Assembly: GCA_965223505.1 (NCBI GenBank)
Contig: CBDCWP010000010.1
Coordinates: 142,971-206,970, forward strand
Direction of reading: 5' to 3'
DNA: 64,000 nucleotides
From: Planctomycetota bacterium
GTDB lineage: Bacteria > Planctomycetota > PLA2 > JAEUHO01
The first letter of the stretch is position 1; the number at the start of each line of letters is the position of its first letter. Made by a program: the position numbers and the translations under genes. The notes under the pieces were generated by a model that was not told the origin of the DNA, did not search any database, and saw only the letters and a list, made by a program, of their open reading frames with translations. Of the stretch, positions 1 through 9,523 are shown piece after piece.

Positions 1-35
1 CCTGACAGCTGTCGCAAAGACGGCCGCGCGCCTGG

Positions 36-983
36 TCAGTTGTCGAACGTGAATCGAATCGTCCAGTCGTCGAGGAACGCGCCCGGGTCCAAGGCGCCGA
101 CGCCCGCCGCGAGGAAGATCGTGATTCGAATCTGAAGGAACTCATCGCCGTTCAGGCTCGCCATGTTGTCGATCCCGGCGTTGCCGACGTTGTCGGGTGC
201 GCGTGTCACGGCGCCGGGGTGACCCGGCATGTACGTCGGCGCGCTCTCGATGCCCGAGTCCAGGAAGTGGCCGATCGTTCGCCAGCCGTTGCCCACCGGC
301 TCCGGTGTGCCGTCCGGGAGGATCCCGAAGCTCTGGGCCTCGATCAGAATCACGACCGATCCCGGTCCGGGACTCGAGATGGAAGGCGCGCCGGCGACGA
401 AGTCCCCCTGCACCGGCTCGATGAAGGTCGGGTTGAACGGTCCGACCGTGAAGATCTGCGTGGTCGCCTGGGGCCTGAGCCCGCCGCCACTGAACCGGGT
501 GGCGTCGAAGACGCCGCGGTAGAACCCCGTCGCACCCTCGCCGGGCGTGACGGCGGCGCCGCCCAAGCCGCTGATGATGGAGTCGCCGTCCTCGATCGCG
601 AGCCGGCCAACGCCCCCTGGGCCGCCGTCGTTGGCGCCCGGGTCCCCGCCCTGCGTTACGCCACTCGGGCCGCCGGAGCCGCCCGCCGCGGTGATCACCG
701 TGTCCGAGTTGAACTTCACCTCTTGGGGTGTGAGCAATCGCAGTCCGCCACCGCTACCCGCCGCCGCCGCCGCCGACGCCCGGGTTCCACGCGTAGTTCG
801 GACTGAACGTCCCACCCTTGCCGTCGCCGCCGCGGGAACCTGCCACGTCGATCGTGCCCATGATGGAGATGTCACCTTGCGCCGTGAGGTCGATGAACCC
901 ACCGCCGGCGCCACCTGACGCGCCCGGCCCGCGGCCGATGTTGCCCGTGAACGGGCGCAGCTCACCCGCCGCGCCGCCGCCAC
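36..983 (-). CDS. C-terminal segment of a Gly-rich beta-helix-like surface protein; probably the frameshifted continuation of the 2885->36 lipoprotein gene
   Basis: ORF-track protein: N-terminal 75 aa look out-of-frame (Arg/Ala-rich). Then a coherent Gly/Thr/Asp-rich sequence (LRLLTPQEVKFNSDTVITAAGGSGG...WTIRFTFDN) with high GC3. Same frame as 2160-2885 and overlaps the 754-1254 segment. Confidence 0.45.
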   Translation of the reverse strand: MAAARRVSCARSRATSAAGRARQVAPAVGSSTSRRKVTSPSWARSTWQVPAAATARVGRSVRTTRGTRASAAAAAGSGGGLRLLTPQEVKFNSDTVITAAGGSGGPSGVTQGGDPGANDGGPGGVGRLAIEDGDSIISGLGGAAVTPGEGATGFYRGVFDATRFSGGGLRPQATTQIFTVGPFNPTFIEPVQGDFVAGAPSISSPGPGSVVILIEAQSFGILPDGTPEPVGNGWRTIGHFLDSGIESAPTYMPGHPGAVTRAPDNVGNAGIDNMASLNGDEFLQIRITIFLAAGVGALDPGAFLDDWTIRFTFDN

Positions 984-1254
984 TGCCCGCTTCGGGTGTC
1001 AGGAGCCGCCCGGCAGTCTGGCCGTACGTCTCACCGCCTTCACCCTCCAGCGGCAGATCCAACGTCGTGGGCTGGGTCCCACTGCCGTTCGCCTCACCCG
1101 GCATGCCGGCTTCGGCGTGTCCGCCGCCGCCGCCCGATGGTGTGTTTCGATTGTTCGGATTCTGCTGCGCGTTCCACTTCGCGGATGTGTTCCCCTTCCC
1201 ACCCCCAGGACCGGTGTTCGTGCCGACCGTCGGGTCGATGCTCGCTCCGGTCAT
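754..1254 (-). CDS. Internal Gly-rich segment of the same surface protein (separate frame; begins 6 codons after an in-frame stop ending the 1273-2262 segment)
   Basis: Gly-rich, secreted-protein-like composition (GTIDVAGSRGGDGKGGTFSPNYAWNPG). Same frame as 1273-2262. Confidence 0.35.
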   Translation of the reverse strand: MTGASIDPTVGTNTGPGGGKGNTSAKWNAQQNPNNRNTPSGGGGGHAEAGMPGEANGSGTQPTTLDLPLEGEGGETYGQTAGRLLTPEAGSGGGAAGELRPFTGNIGRGPGASGGAGGGFIDLTAQGDISIMGTIDVAGSRGGDGKGGTFSPNYAWNPGVGGGGGG

Positions 1255-1272
1255 GAGTAGCCCTGGAAGCCG

Positions 1273-2262
1273 TCACCGCCGACGCGCCGCGCGTTGGCGA
1301 CACCCGAAGGGACCACCGCCGCCGTCGCCGCCGCCGAGCACGCCGATCCCCCCGTCGGTCCCGGCGGTCGTCGTCGCAGTCTTGCCGTCACCGCGGCCTT
1401 GCGGAACACCGGTGCTCCCGTCGCCCCGTCCGAGCAATCGACCGAGCTTTTCGATGACGACGTCACCCTGCACCAGGATGATCGCCGGATTCTCGCCGAT
1501 CATGCGGACCGTGATTCCAGCGCGAATGCGGAATGAAGCGAATTCCCAGATGACGGCGGTGGAGTTGTCGGTCGTGTTGATACACGAGTTCGAAGCACCG
1601 GTGTCGAGAATGGTGTCGACGGTCGGATCGAAGTGATCTTTGTCCGCGTTGTTCATCTGGAACGGATCGCTGCAACCGCTGGCGTCGCTGTTCGGCAGCG
1701 ACGGGTCGACGAGGCTCGCACCGTTGTCGCCGTCGCCGGCAAACAGCAGGAAGCCCTGTACCACGCTCCGTGACCGCGATGTGTTCACGTCCGCCGTTGT
1801 GTCATTCTCGCTGTACGGCGTCTCGCCGTCGTTGGCCAGGACGTAGGAACTCGGGGTGCCGTCGAGATTTTGGGTCGTGAACGAGAGCGTGAACGGCGTC
1901 AACGGCTGTCCACCGAAGTCGGAGATGCCGAACGTGAGCGATACCACGATCAGGACGTTCTCCGGCAGGATTCCTCCCAACTCGGGGCTGTTCGGATGCT
2001 GTCCGAACACCGGGGAGATCACGATGCGCGTCGAATCGAAGTCCTGAAGCAGATGAACCGTCGCAGGCAGCGTCTGGGCACCGCCGGGCCATGCCATGCC
2101 GGTGTCCGACCCCCATGTGAGCGGATCCGCGTCCTGGTCGGTGACGTCGACACCGCCGGTCACGAACCCGACAGATTGTCGTTGGGGGCTTGGACCGACG
2201 CGCCGAACGCGCCGCCGACCTCGTGAATACGTACGGAGACCGTGGCATTGGAGACGCTGCAC
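1273..2262 (-). CDS. Internal segment of the surface protein with parallel beta-helix-like repeats
   Basis: Protein-like sequence (ITVRMIGENPAIILVQGDVVIE; Thr/Asn/Asp-rich). The first ~35 aa and last ~15 aa look out-of-frame. Overlaps 2160-2885 by ~100 nt in another frame. Confidence 0.4.
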   Translation of the reverse strand: MQRLQCHGLRTYSRGRRRVRRVGPSPQRQSVGFVTGGVDVTDQDADPLTWGSDTGMAWPGGAQTLPATVHLLQDFDSTRIVISPVFGQHPNSPELGGILPENVLIVVSLTFGISDFGGQPLTPFTLSFTTQNLDGTPSSYVLANDGETPYSENDTTADVNTSRSRSVVQGFLLFAGDGDNGASLVDPSLPNSDASGCSDPFQMNNADKDHFDPTVDTILDTGASNSCINTTDNSTAVIWEFASFRIRAGITVRMIGENPAIILVQGDVVIEKLGRLLGRGDGSTGVPQGRGDGKTATTTAGTDGGIGVLGGGDGGGGPFGCRQRAARRR

Positions 2263-2885
2263 GGATCCACGTTCTCGGTGAGCTCCATCTCGATGCGTTG
2301 CGGGTTGAGCGCCGAGCCGATGGACACCGCGGCCGTGCCCGGCTGCGGGGAGACCGAGCTCAGTACGACGGCGGGTGCCACCGCCGGGATCTGATCGAGG
2401 AACTTGGCGGGATCGTTGTCAGCGCGCGTGCTGAAGTTCCACGTGGTCGTCGCGTCGAGCGGTTGCCCGACCGTGTTCCGCACGGCGAATTGTTCGGGAT
2501 AGCCGATGACCTGCACCCGATAGTCGGTATCGGCTTTGAACGCGGCGTCGCTCAGATCGCAAAGACTCGGGAGACGCGGCTCGAACGTCACCACGCTTCC
2601 GTTGATGATGAACTGGCCGTCCACGGTGAGGCCGAACGCGCCGCCTTCGCGGATCTGAATCGACGCGGGGGTGATCGTCGCGCCGTTCACGGGTTCGCTG
2701 AATCGCCACTCGAGAATCGTGTTCAGCGCGACGTTGTCCGTCGAGGCTTGCACGAAGCTGATGAGCACGAGGCCCTGCCCGTCGCCGGTCGGGCCCTGGC
2801 CGCCCGTGCCGCCGGCGCAGGAGGCGAAGAAGAGGATGGAAACTGCGACGATCGACGTGCAGCCGGTGCGGGAAGCGGTGGGCAT
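2160..2885 (-). CDS. N-terminal segment of a large secreted lipoprotein with Ig-like / beta-rich domains
   Basis: Signal peptide with lipobox (MPTASRTGCTSIVAVSILFFASC-AGG). Coherent beta-rich sequence thereafter. Frame changes near 2160-2260. Confidence 0.6.
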   Translation of the reverse strand: MPTASRTGCTSIVAVSILFFASCAGGTGGQGPTGDGQGLVLISFVQASTDNVALNTILEWRFSEPVNGATITPASIQIREGGAFGLTVDGQFIINGSVVTFEPRLPSLCDLSDAAFKADTDYRVQVIGYPEQFAVRNTVGQPLDATTTWNFSTRADNDPAKFLDQIPAVAPAVVLSSVSPQPGTAAVSIGSALNPQRIEMELTENVDPCSVSNATVSVRIHEVGGAFGASVQAPNDNLSGS

Positions 2886-3138
2886 GCGGAGGTCCCTCGG
2901 GCCGGGACCGGCGTCCCGCTTCGGAACGCCACCCGCAGGTCCGTCGATCCGCGCGGCTGCAATGATCGTAGTCCCATGAACACTCGAACTGGAAGCGACA
3001 AAGCATCAGTTATGAGCAGATCTCTCATGTTCAAGTGAGAATGGACCCCGAAATGAAGTGGAACGGAAATTGATGAGAGGTGAGTCAGGCCTGTCGATGG
3101 CCTGCCTGTCGCGAGCCCAGCTTCCGATGACGACTCCC

Positions 3139-4682
3139 TCAGCGGTGGGAGCTGCGGCACGTCGCGGGCCGCGTGCTGACGACCGGCGGGTCGTCGGGGG
3201 CGTACACACTGCCGTGAAGCGCTCTGGCCGCCGCGACGTCCGCCCAGATGCGGTCGCGCACGCGTTCGACCTCCTCGCACATGGCGTCGTTCCACGCGGC
3301 GTCCGACGGGCCGAGGGGGCGGCGCTCGCCGGGGTCGGCGGCGAGGTCGAAGACGGTCTCGTGCACGCGACCCGCGGCTCGATCGTATTGAATCACGAAC
3401 TTCCAGCGTTCGGATCGCACACTTGCCAGGATGGCGCGGTGGCCGGGGCCCGCGTTGTTGCGCGTCAGCCGCTCCTGCGAGATGACGGGACGGCCGGAAG
3501 CCTCGTTCGAGCACCGGCAAGAAGGAGCGACCACGCGTGCCGGGCTGTGATGTCAGTCCGGCCCAGCCCATGAACGTCGGCAGCACGTCAATCAGCCCGA
3601 CACACTCGTTCACGAGGGCAGGGCGGTCGAACGGGGCGGGGCCGGTCATCACGAGCGGAATGTGGACCAGCTCGTCAAAGAGTTGCCGGCCGTGCCCGAG
3701 CATGCCGTGCTCGCCAAACGTCTCGCCGTGGTCGGCGGTGACCACGAGAAGCGTGTTCTCGAGCAGGCCCGCCGTACGCAGCTCGTCGACGGCGCGCTCC
3801 AGGACCGAGTCGACCCAGCGCACGCCGGCGAGATACGCCGTCCTCAACTCGTCGGCCAGCGCCGCATCGGGCTTCGCGGCGAATCCGTGGACGCGTACCC
3901 GACGACCTCGTTCTGGAAGTACGCGCCGTGGTGAGCGGTCATCAGCTCACGACCGGGCCGATCGAGCCAGGTAGACCCTCGTCATGTCGCGGGGTGTGGT
4001 GATCGCCGCCGGATCGAAGGTCTCCGCGTACGCGCGAAGCTCCTCCGGCGTCCATGCGGCGTGCGAGTCCGGAACGCGGTGGTTGGCCCGACCGTACGGG
4101 TCGTGGGCCTCGAAGGTGTGCAGGTACAGGAAGAACGGCTTGTGGGGGTCGCGCTCCGATTGCCAACGCTCGATCGCCGGGCGGGTGCCCTGGAGGCCGA
4201 ATCCCTCGTTCACCGATCCGCGCTGAATCCCTGTAAGATCGAGTGGTCGTCTCGACGAACCACGGCGCGCCGGTGAATACCGCGGTCTCGTAGCCGTGCT
4301 CGTCCCTCAGCAGCTCCGCGAAGGTGGTCACACCCGCGGGCAAGTGCGGAACGCCCTTGGTCGAGTCGCAGCCGTGCTCGCGCGGAAGAAGTCCGGTCAG
4401 CATGCTGGTGATCGACGGAACGGTCCACGGCGCGGGCGCGGCAGCGCTCTCGAACGCGACGCCGTCCGCCGCCATCGACGCGAGGAACGGCATGTGCGCC
4501 GGCTCCTGGCCGGGCAGCGCGACGGCGTCGCGCCGCAATGAGTCGATGACGATGATGATCAGATTAGGCGCCGGTCGCGCCTCGGCGTTGCCGTCGCTTT
4601 GCGGCCGCGCACCGTCGTCGCCGCAGCCGATGCCGACGGCGGCGAAAGCGACGAGTAGCACGATGGCTCGGAGAACGTTCAA
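3139..4682 (-). pseudogene. Sulfatase-like (alkaline-phosphatase superfamily) lipoprotein gene interrupted by several frameshifts and one in-frame TGA
   Basis: Sulfatase family pieces appear in 3 frames across four ORFs: NLIIIVIDSLRRD...WTVPSITSMLTGLLP, PFFLYLHTFEAHDPY, LLVVTADHGETFGEHGMLGHG...GRSFLPVLE, and RWKFVIQYD...FDLAADPGERRPL. Putative TTG start at 4682 with a GGAAG Shine-Dalgarno and signal peptide NVLRAIVLLVAFAAVGIGC. Confidence 0.55.
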
Positions 4683-4862
4683 AGGGCGGGCTTCCGTGCG
4701 AATTGGCGCGTCGTTCCTCTTTACCCCCAAGGGGTATGTGTTTGTCGCTTTCAAGTAGCGTGCGGAGGGCGGTTCGGCGGCCCAAGTCCCGGCAGCCGGA
4801 TTGCCTGAATCGGCGAAGGGTAACACCGTTTCCGGCCTGTCTCGCGCGGTGTTTCGTTTCGA

Positions 4863-7800
4863 CTACGGAATGCGGATCTTGATGTTGCGGTACCACACCG
4901 GATCGCCGTGGTCCTGCAGCCCGATGTGTCCGCGCGGCTGGACGCCGAACCCTTCCATGTCCTGGAACTTGCTCTTCGCGATGGCGGCGTTCCATGCCTC
5001 GCCACCCAGCTCTACGTCGACGATCTTCCACCCGTTCAGCCAGTGCTCGAGCCGGCCGTTCGCGACCACGATGCGTGCCTGATTCCACGCGCCGGCGGGG
5101 CGGGTGACATCGAACCGGGGTGCGAAGAGCGCGTAGCACGCGCCCGCCGACGTGAGGGTGGACCCGCCATCCGCGTGCACATCGTTGTCGAGCACCTGCA
5201 TCTCCGGACCGGTGGTCCACATGGCGCCGCCGTCCTCCGTGAGGCGGTAGCACACCCCGCTGTTGCCGCCGGGCGCGAGCTTCCACTCGAGCTTCAGATC
5301 GAATTCGGCGTATTCGGTCTCGGTGACGAGGTCGCCGCCGGTTCCTTCCTTCGAGAAATGCAGCGCGCCGTCCTCGACACGCCACGCGGCGGGCGGCCCG
5401 TCCTGCTTGTAGCCGCGCCAGCCGGCAAGCGTCTCGCCGTCGAAGAGGAGTTTCCAGCCCGCGTCTTGCTCGGCTGGTGTCAGCCGGTTGGGAAGCGGCG
5501 GGGGCGCAGGCAGCTGGGCGTCCGTGCGGGGCCCGGGCAGGCGGTTGAGCGTGTACCACGCCTCCGAGCTCCACGGCCGGTCACCGGCGGCGTTGCGGAT
5601 CGTGCGCGCCAGTCGGAGGTACACGACGTGCCCCTCCTCGAGCCCGGGGATCCGGAGCCACGCCTTGCGTCGGTCCTTCGAGACCGACGCGCCCGCGACC
5701 TCGAGCCGCTCGACGTCCTTCTTCGGGCCGCCGTAGCTCTTCGTCGGCTCGTACCACCACTGCTGAACGAGGTAGTCGGCCGGGTCGTCGCCCGAGACGT
5801 TCGCGAGCGGCTCGGTGAACTCGATCTCGAGTGTGCGGTTCGGCTTGACGCGCACCGCCTTCATCTCGAAGACGCTCTTGCCGTTGTAGGCGAGCCGCTG
5901 CAGCCCGTACTTGAGCTTCCCGGTCTGGCCCCAGTTGCCGCTGCTGCCGATGCCGCCGACGTACAACGCGCCGTCCGGACCCTGTCGCCAGCGGTTGATG
6001 CCGGCTTCGAGTCCCTGGATGAAGCGGAACACGCACCCTTGGTACTGCCCGCAGACCTTTTCGACGAACACGCGCTTGAGCCCGCCATGGGTGACGTCGG
6101 CATGCAGCATCTGTCCGCGCCAGGGTCCGAAGGTCAAGAGGCCCGGTTCGCCGGGTGAGTTGCCGATCTCGCCTTGGGGCAGCCAGACCACGGGTGGTTT
6201 CTCGGGTACGCCCTCCGTGCCCTCGAAGTCGACGGAGCGACTGCCGAAGAAGGCACCGGGCGAGACGTGGACGACCTTGCTGACCGGAAGCCAGTCGCCC
6301 TGGTTGTCCGTGACGAAGATCTCCCCGTGCACACCGAGCCCGATGCCGTTGGGCGTACGCAGGCCGTGCGCGATCAGCTCGTAGCGCCCGTCGGGATCGA
6401 TCTTCACGACCTTGCCGCGGTCGGGATTCTGGGGATGCGTGCTGGCGCCGCCGGGATTGATCGCCGTCGCGAGCGTCGCGTAGAACGCGCCGTCTTTGAA
6501 GACGAGACCGAACGCGAATTCGTGGAAGTTGCTCGTGACGCCCCAGCCGTCGGCGACCGTGCGGTATTCGTCGATGGCGCCGTCGCCGTCCCTGTCGATG
6601 AGCTCGGTCAGTTCCTGCTTCTGCAAGACGAAGATGCGTCCGTTCACGACCCGAATGCCGAGCGGCTCGGCGAGTCCGGCCGCGATGCGACGCACCTCGA
6701 TCTTCGCGGGGTCGCCGGTTTCCGCGCCCTCGAGCACGTACACGCCGCCCATGGGTTCCCAGCAGCAGACGATCATGCGGCCGTCGGGCAACCAGTCGAT
6801 GCCGCCGATACGAGGCTGAAAGCTCTCCGGGCGCGCCTGCGCGAGGTCGAAGGCCGGATGAACGCCGGTCAGCGGTTGGCCGTCGCCCGGAACACCCTTC
6901 GCCGCGACGGGGACCAGCTTCTTCTTGCCGGGCGAGGTCACACGCACCTCGCCCTTCGGCGCGCGCAGCGCTTCGTTCGGCACGATCGCCCAGTCCGCCG
7001 CGCCGGGCGGCTGCCACTCGAGCGTCAGCTGCTCGCCGCCGCCGTTCTCGAAGTGCTCGACGAAGAGCTTGTGGCGGCCCACGGCCAGCTCGAGCTTGCC
7101 TTCCATCGCGGTGACGCCGTGAAGCCCGTCGTGGTCGATGACGACCTCGTCGTTCAGATACAGGCGCGAGCCGTCGTCGGAGAGCAGCCGGAAGCGATAG
7201 ACGCCCGCCGTCTCGACCTCCAGGAAGCCGTCGACGTGCGTGATGAACGTCTCGTCGATGTCGCCGAAGTCCCCGCGTTCCGTTCGCAGATCGAGCACCG
7301 GGATCACGTGCGAGACGTTGGGCGTCTGTCCCGGGACCAGCTTGCGGATTCGGCTCATGGACGCGCCGATGTGATAGACGCGAACCGAGACCCCGTTGCC
7401 CACGGGCGTATCCTTCGGATGCTCGACCACGGCAGGCTCGGGAGGCGCCGCCGCCGTCGGCGCATCCTTGGCGCGGACGGTCGCTTCCTCGGCAGCCTTC
7501 GCCTCGGCGCGCTTGCGCAGCGCGTCCGCATCGAAGAACGCCTCCACGTAGGTCGTGTCCCCCGGACGCAGCCGCACCATGATGTCGCGGGTCGGGAGCA
7601 CCTTGTCCATCGGCGAGACCGGGCCGCCCATGGTGGCCGCCTCGTTCGAGCGCGCGTGGACCAATGCTCGCACCGGCCAGCGCAGACGGATGCGGGGTGC
7701 GCGGCGGCTTCGCACCCGAAAGGTGCGCCGAAGCCCCGGTCGTCCCTGCTTGTCGCGCCGGAACGACGGCGTTTCCTCGACGGTGTACCAGCGTCGTCCG

Positions 7801-8198
7801 AATTGCATCGAGTAGCGCAACGTCACGGTTCGTCCGTCGACGCGGTACCCCAGGAACCGGCAGTCGTCGTTGCGCCACTCGCCTTCCATGTAGAAGTGAC
7901 CGGTGTAGCTGAATCCGGTGCTCGTCGGCTGTGGGCCGTGCACCGTCGTATAGACGGCGCCGTCGAATTTCACGCCGCCCGACCAGGCGTTCTGGAGCTG
8001 GCAGAACTGCGCGTCGTACGTGAGCCACATCTCCTCGTGCAGGGGCAGAGTCACCATGCGGGGGTTTCCGTCGAGCACCGAGCGGAAGACCGGCAGCGGA
8101 TGGGGCGGCGGCGGTTCTTCGTTCGCCAGTGACGTGACCGGAGCGCCGATCAGAAGGGAGCCGAGGATCAACAGGATGCCGAGCCGTCGTGTGCGCAT
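4863..8198 (-). CDS. Secreted 1111-aa multidomain protein: PA14 domain + PQQ/GSDH-like beta-propeller ('membrane-bound dehydrogenase' type) + C-terminal DUF1080 (3-keto-disaccharide hydrolase-like) domain
   Basis: Intact ORF with signal peptide (MRTRRLGILLILGSLLIGAPVTSLA). PA14-like segment (GVYRFRLLSDDGSRLYLNDEVVIDHDG). Propeller motifs (DWLPDGRMIV, FVTDNQGDW). DUF1080-like C-terminus (GWRGYKQ...VCYRL...GHIGLQDHGDPVWYRNIKIRIP). Confidence 0.85.
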   Translation of the reverse strand: MRTRRLGILLILGSLLIGAPVTSLANEEPPPPHPLPVFRSVLDGNPRMVTLPLHEEMWLTYDAQFCQLQNAWSGGVKFDGAVYTTVHGPQPTSTGFSYTGHFYMEGEWRNDDCRFLGYRVDGRTVTLRYSMQFGRRWYTVEETPSFRRDKQGRPGLRRTFRVRSRRAPRIRLRWPVRALVHARSNEAATMGGPVSPMDKVLPTRDIMVRLRPGDTTYVEAFFDADALRKRAEAKAAEEATVRAKDAPTAAAPPEPAVVEHPKDTPVGNGVSVRVYHIGASMSRIRKLVPGQTPNVSHVIPVLDLRTERGDFGDIDETFITHVDGFLEVETAGVYRFRLLSDDGSRLYLNDEVVIDHDGLHGVTAMEGKLELAVGRHKLFVEHFENGGGEQLTLEWQPPGAADWAIVPNEALRAPKGEVRVTSPGKKKLVPVAAKGVPGDGQPLTGVHPAFDLAQARPESFQPRIGGIDWLPDGRMIVCCWEPMGGVYVLEGAETGDPAKIEVRRIAAGLAEPLGIRVVNGRIFVLQKQELTELIDRDGDGAIDEYRTVADGWGVTSNFHEFAFGLVFKDGAFYATLATAINPGGASTHPQNPDRGKVVKIDPDGRYELIAHGLRTPNGIGLGVHGEIFVTDNQGDWLPVSKVVHVSPGAFFGSRSVDFEGTEGVPEKPPVVWLPQGEIGNSPGEPGLLTFGPWRGQMLHADVTHGGLKRVFVEKVCGQYQGCVFRFIQGLEAGINRWRQGPDGALYVGGIGSSGNWGQTGKLKYGLQRLAYNGKSVFEMKAVRVKPNRTLEIEFTEPLANVSGDDPADYLVQQWWYEPTKSYGGPKKDVERLEVAGASVSKDRRKAWLRIPGLEEGHVVYLRLARTIRNAAGDRPWSSEAWYTLNRLPGPRTDAQLPAPPPLPNRLTPAEQDAGWKLLFDGETLAGWRGYKQDGPPAAWRVEDGALHFSKEGTGGDLVTETEYAEFDLKLEWKLAPGGNSGVCYRLTEDGGAMWTTGPEMQVLDNDVHADGGSTLTSAGACYALFAPRFDVTRPAGAWNQARIVVANGRLEHWLNGWKIVDVELGGEAWNAAIAKSKFQDMEGFGVQPRGHIGLQDHGDPVWYRNIKIRIP

Positions 8199-8278
8199 GG
8201 CCGAGGATCATGGCCCGGCGCGGCGCGGATTGGTAGGGTTCGGCCCCCGCGCGGTGCGCGCGGACGGAGGGCGCGTGC

Positions 8279-9523
8279 ATGAGCGACCGGCTCGGCGTTG
8301 GGATCATCGGTGCGGGCTTCGTGGGCCGCTTCCACATCCAGTCGTGGGAGAGCGTTCGGCACGCCGACATCCGCGCTGTCTGCAGCCGAACGCTGGACAA
8401 GGCCGAGAGCGGCGCGCAGCTGGCGCGCGACCTCGGCGTGGGCGACGCGAAGGCGTTCGACGACGTCGAGGCGATGGTGCGGGATCCGAACGTCGACGCC
8501 GTTTGGATCTGCGTGCCCAACTTCGCGCGGTTGCCGGTGATGAAGGCGATCGCCGCGGTCGGGAAGGGCAACCTGCGCGGCGTGGCCTGTGAGAAGCCGC
8601 TCGGCCGCGACGTCTCCGAGGCGCGGCGCATGCTCGAGCTCGCCGAGGAAGCGGGCCTCTCGCACGGCTATCTCGAGAACCAGTGCTTCATGCCGACGAT
8701 CGTACGCGGCAAGGAGCTGCTGTGGCGTCGCGGGGCGCGCGCGACCGGCCGGCCCTATCTGGCGCGTTGCGCCGAAGAGCACGGCGGGCCGCACGAACCC
8801 TGGTTCTGGCGCGGCAACGAGCAGGGCGGCGGCGTGCTCAACGACATGATGTGCCACAGCCTCGAGGCGGCGCGCTTCCTCTTGCAGGATCCCGACAAGC
8901 CGCGATCGAGCCTTCAGCCGAAGACGGTGTCCTGCGACATCGCCTCCATCAAGTGGAGCCGCGACACGTACATCCGCAAGCTCAAGGAAGAGATGGGCGT
9001 CGACTACTCCGAGAAGCAGTCGGAGGACTTCGCCCGGGCGACGGTGGTCTGGCAATCCGATGAAGGCCACCCCGCCATCACGGAGGCGACGACGTCGTGG
9101 AGCTACGTCGGGCCCGGGCTGCGACTCTCCGTCGAGGTGATGGGCCCCGAGTACTCGATGCAAGGCACATCGCTCAACAATCACCTCAACGTCTTCTTCA
9201 GTCGCGAGGTCAAGGGCGACGTCGGCGAGGACATCGTCGAGAAGCAGACGGCCGAGCAGGGGTTGATGCCGGTCGTGACGGACGAGGCGACCGAGTACGG
9301 CTACACCGGCGAGAACCGGCACATGGTCGATTGCTTTCGCAACGGCACGGCGCCCTCGCTGACCTTCGCGGACGGCCTGGAGGTGACGAAGCTGCTGATG
9401 GCCTGCTACATGTCGGCCGAGCGCGGGGAACGACTCGCGTGGGAGCCGGACGGACTCGAGGACTTCCTCCCCGCGGTGGCGCGCGGCGCGTTCAGCGCCG
9501 AAGACGCTTTCGAGGGCAAGTAG
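8279..9523 (+). CDS. Gfo/Idh/MocA family NAD(P)-dependent oxidoreductase
   Basis: N-terminal Rossmann motif (GVGIIGAGFVGRFH) and typical Gfo/Idh/MocA central region. Intact 414 aa. Confidence 0.9.
   Translation: MSDRLGVGIIGAGFVGRFHIQSWESVRHADIRAVCSRTLDKAESGAQLARDLGVGDAKAFDDVEAMVRDPNVDAVWICVPNFARLPVMKAIAAVGKGNLRGVACEKPLGRDVSEARRMLELAEEAGLSHGYLENQCFMPTIVRGKELLWRRGARATGRPYLARCAEEHGGPHEPWFWRGNEQGGGVLNDMMCHSLEAARFLLQDPDKPRSSLQPKTVSCDIASIKWSRDTYIRKLKEEMGVDYSEKQSEDFARATVVWQSDEGHPAITEATTSWSYVGPGLRLSVEVMGPEYSMQGTSLNNHLNVFFSREVKGDVGEDIVEKQTAEQGLMPVVTDEATEYGYTGENRHMVDCFRNGTAPSLTFADGLEVTKLLMACYMSAERGERLAWEPDGLEDFLPAVARGAFSAEDAFEGK

Noticed and set aside
1255-1275. In-frame stop between the 1273-2262 and 754-1254 segments of the giant lipoprotein as recoding or readthrough
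   Set aside because: The flanking translation already looks out of frame on both sides, indicating nearby indels rather than a programmed event.
3947-3949. In-frame TGA inside the sulfatase-like gene as a possible second selenocysteine codon
   Set aside because: It does not align with a catalytic Cys/Ser position. No stem-loop follows it. The gene has multiple frameshifts, so a simple disruption is more likely.
5581-8631. 1016-aa ORF, and many similar long ORFs antisense to or out of frame with real genes (e.g. 174-8132(+) internal pieces, 8168-10528(-), 14951-16369(+) N-terminal part, 16493-18151(-), 18753-21374(-), 21552-23258(+), 28648-30036(+), 29979-32390(-), 36786-38939(-), 39777-41918(-), 45173-47086(-) N-terminal part, 52527-55031(-) N-terminal part, 56774-58384(+), 57336-58709(-), 59514-61046(-))
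   Set aside because: Arg/Ala/Pro/Gly-rich low-information translations typical of non-coding frames in ~70% GC DNA. Each lies opposite to or overlapping a gene with clear family motifs and a high-GC3 codon signature. Only their terminal portions were kept where they coincide with a real gene (VWA, FabG, CBS, small TM ORF).
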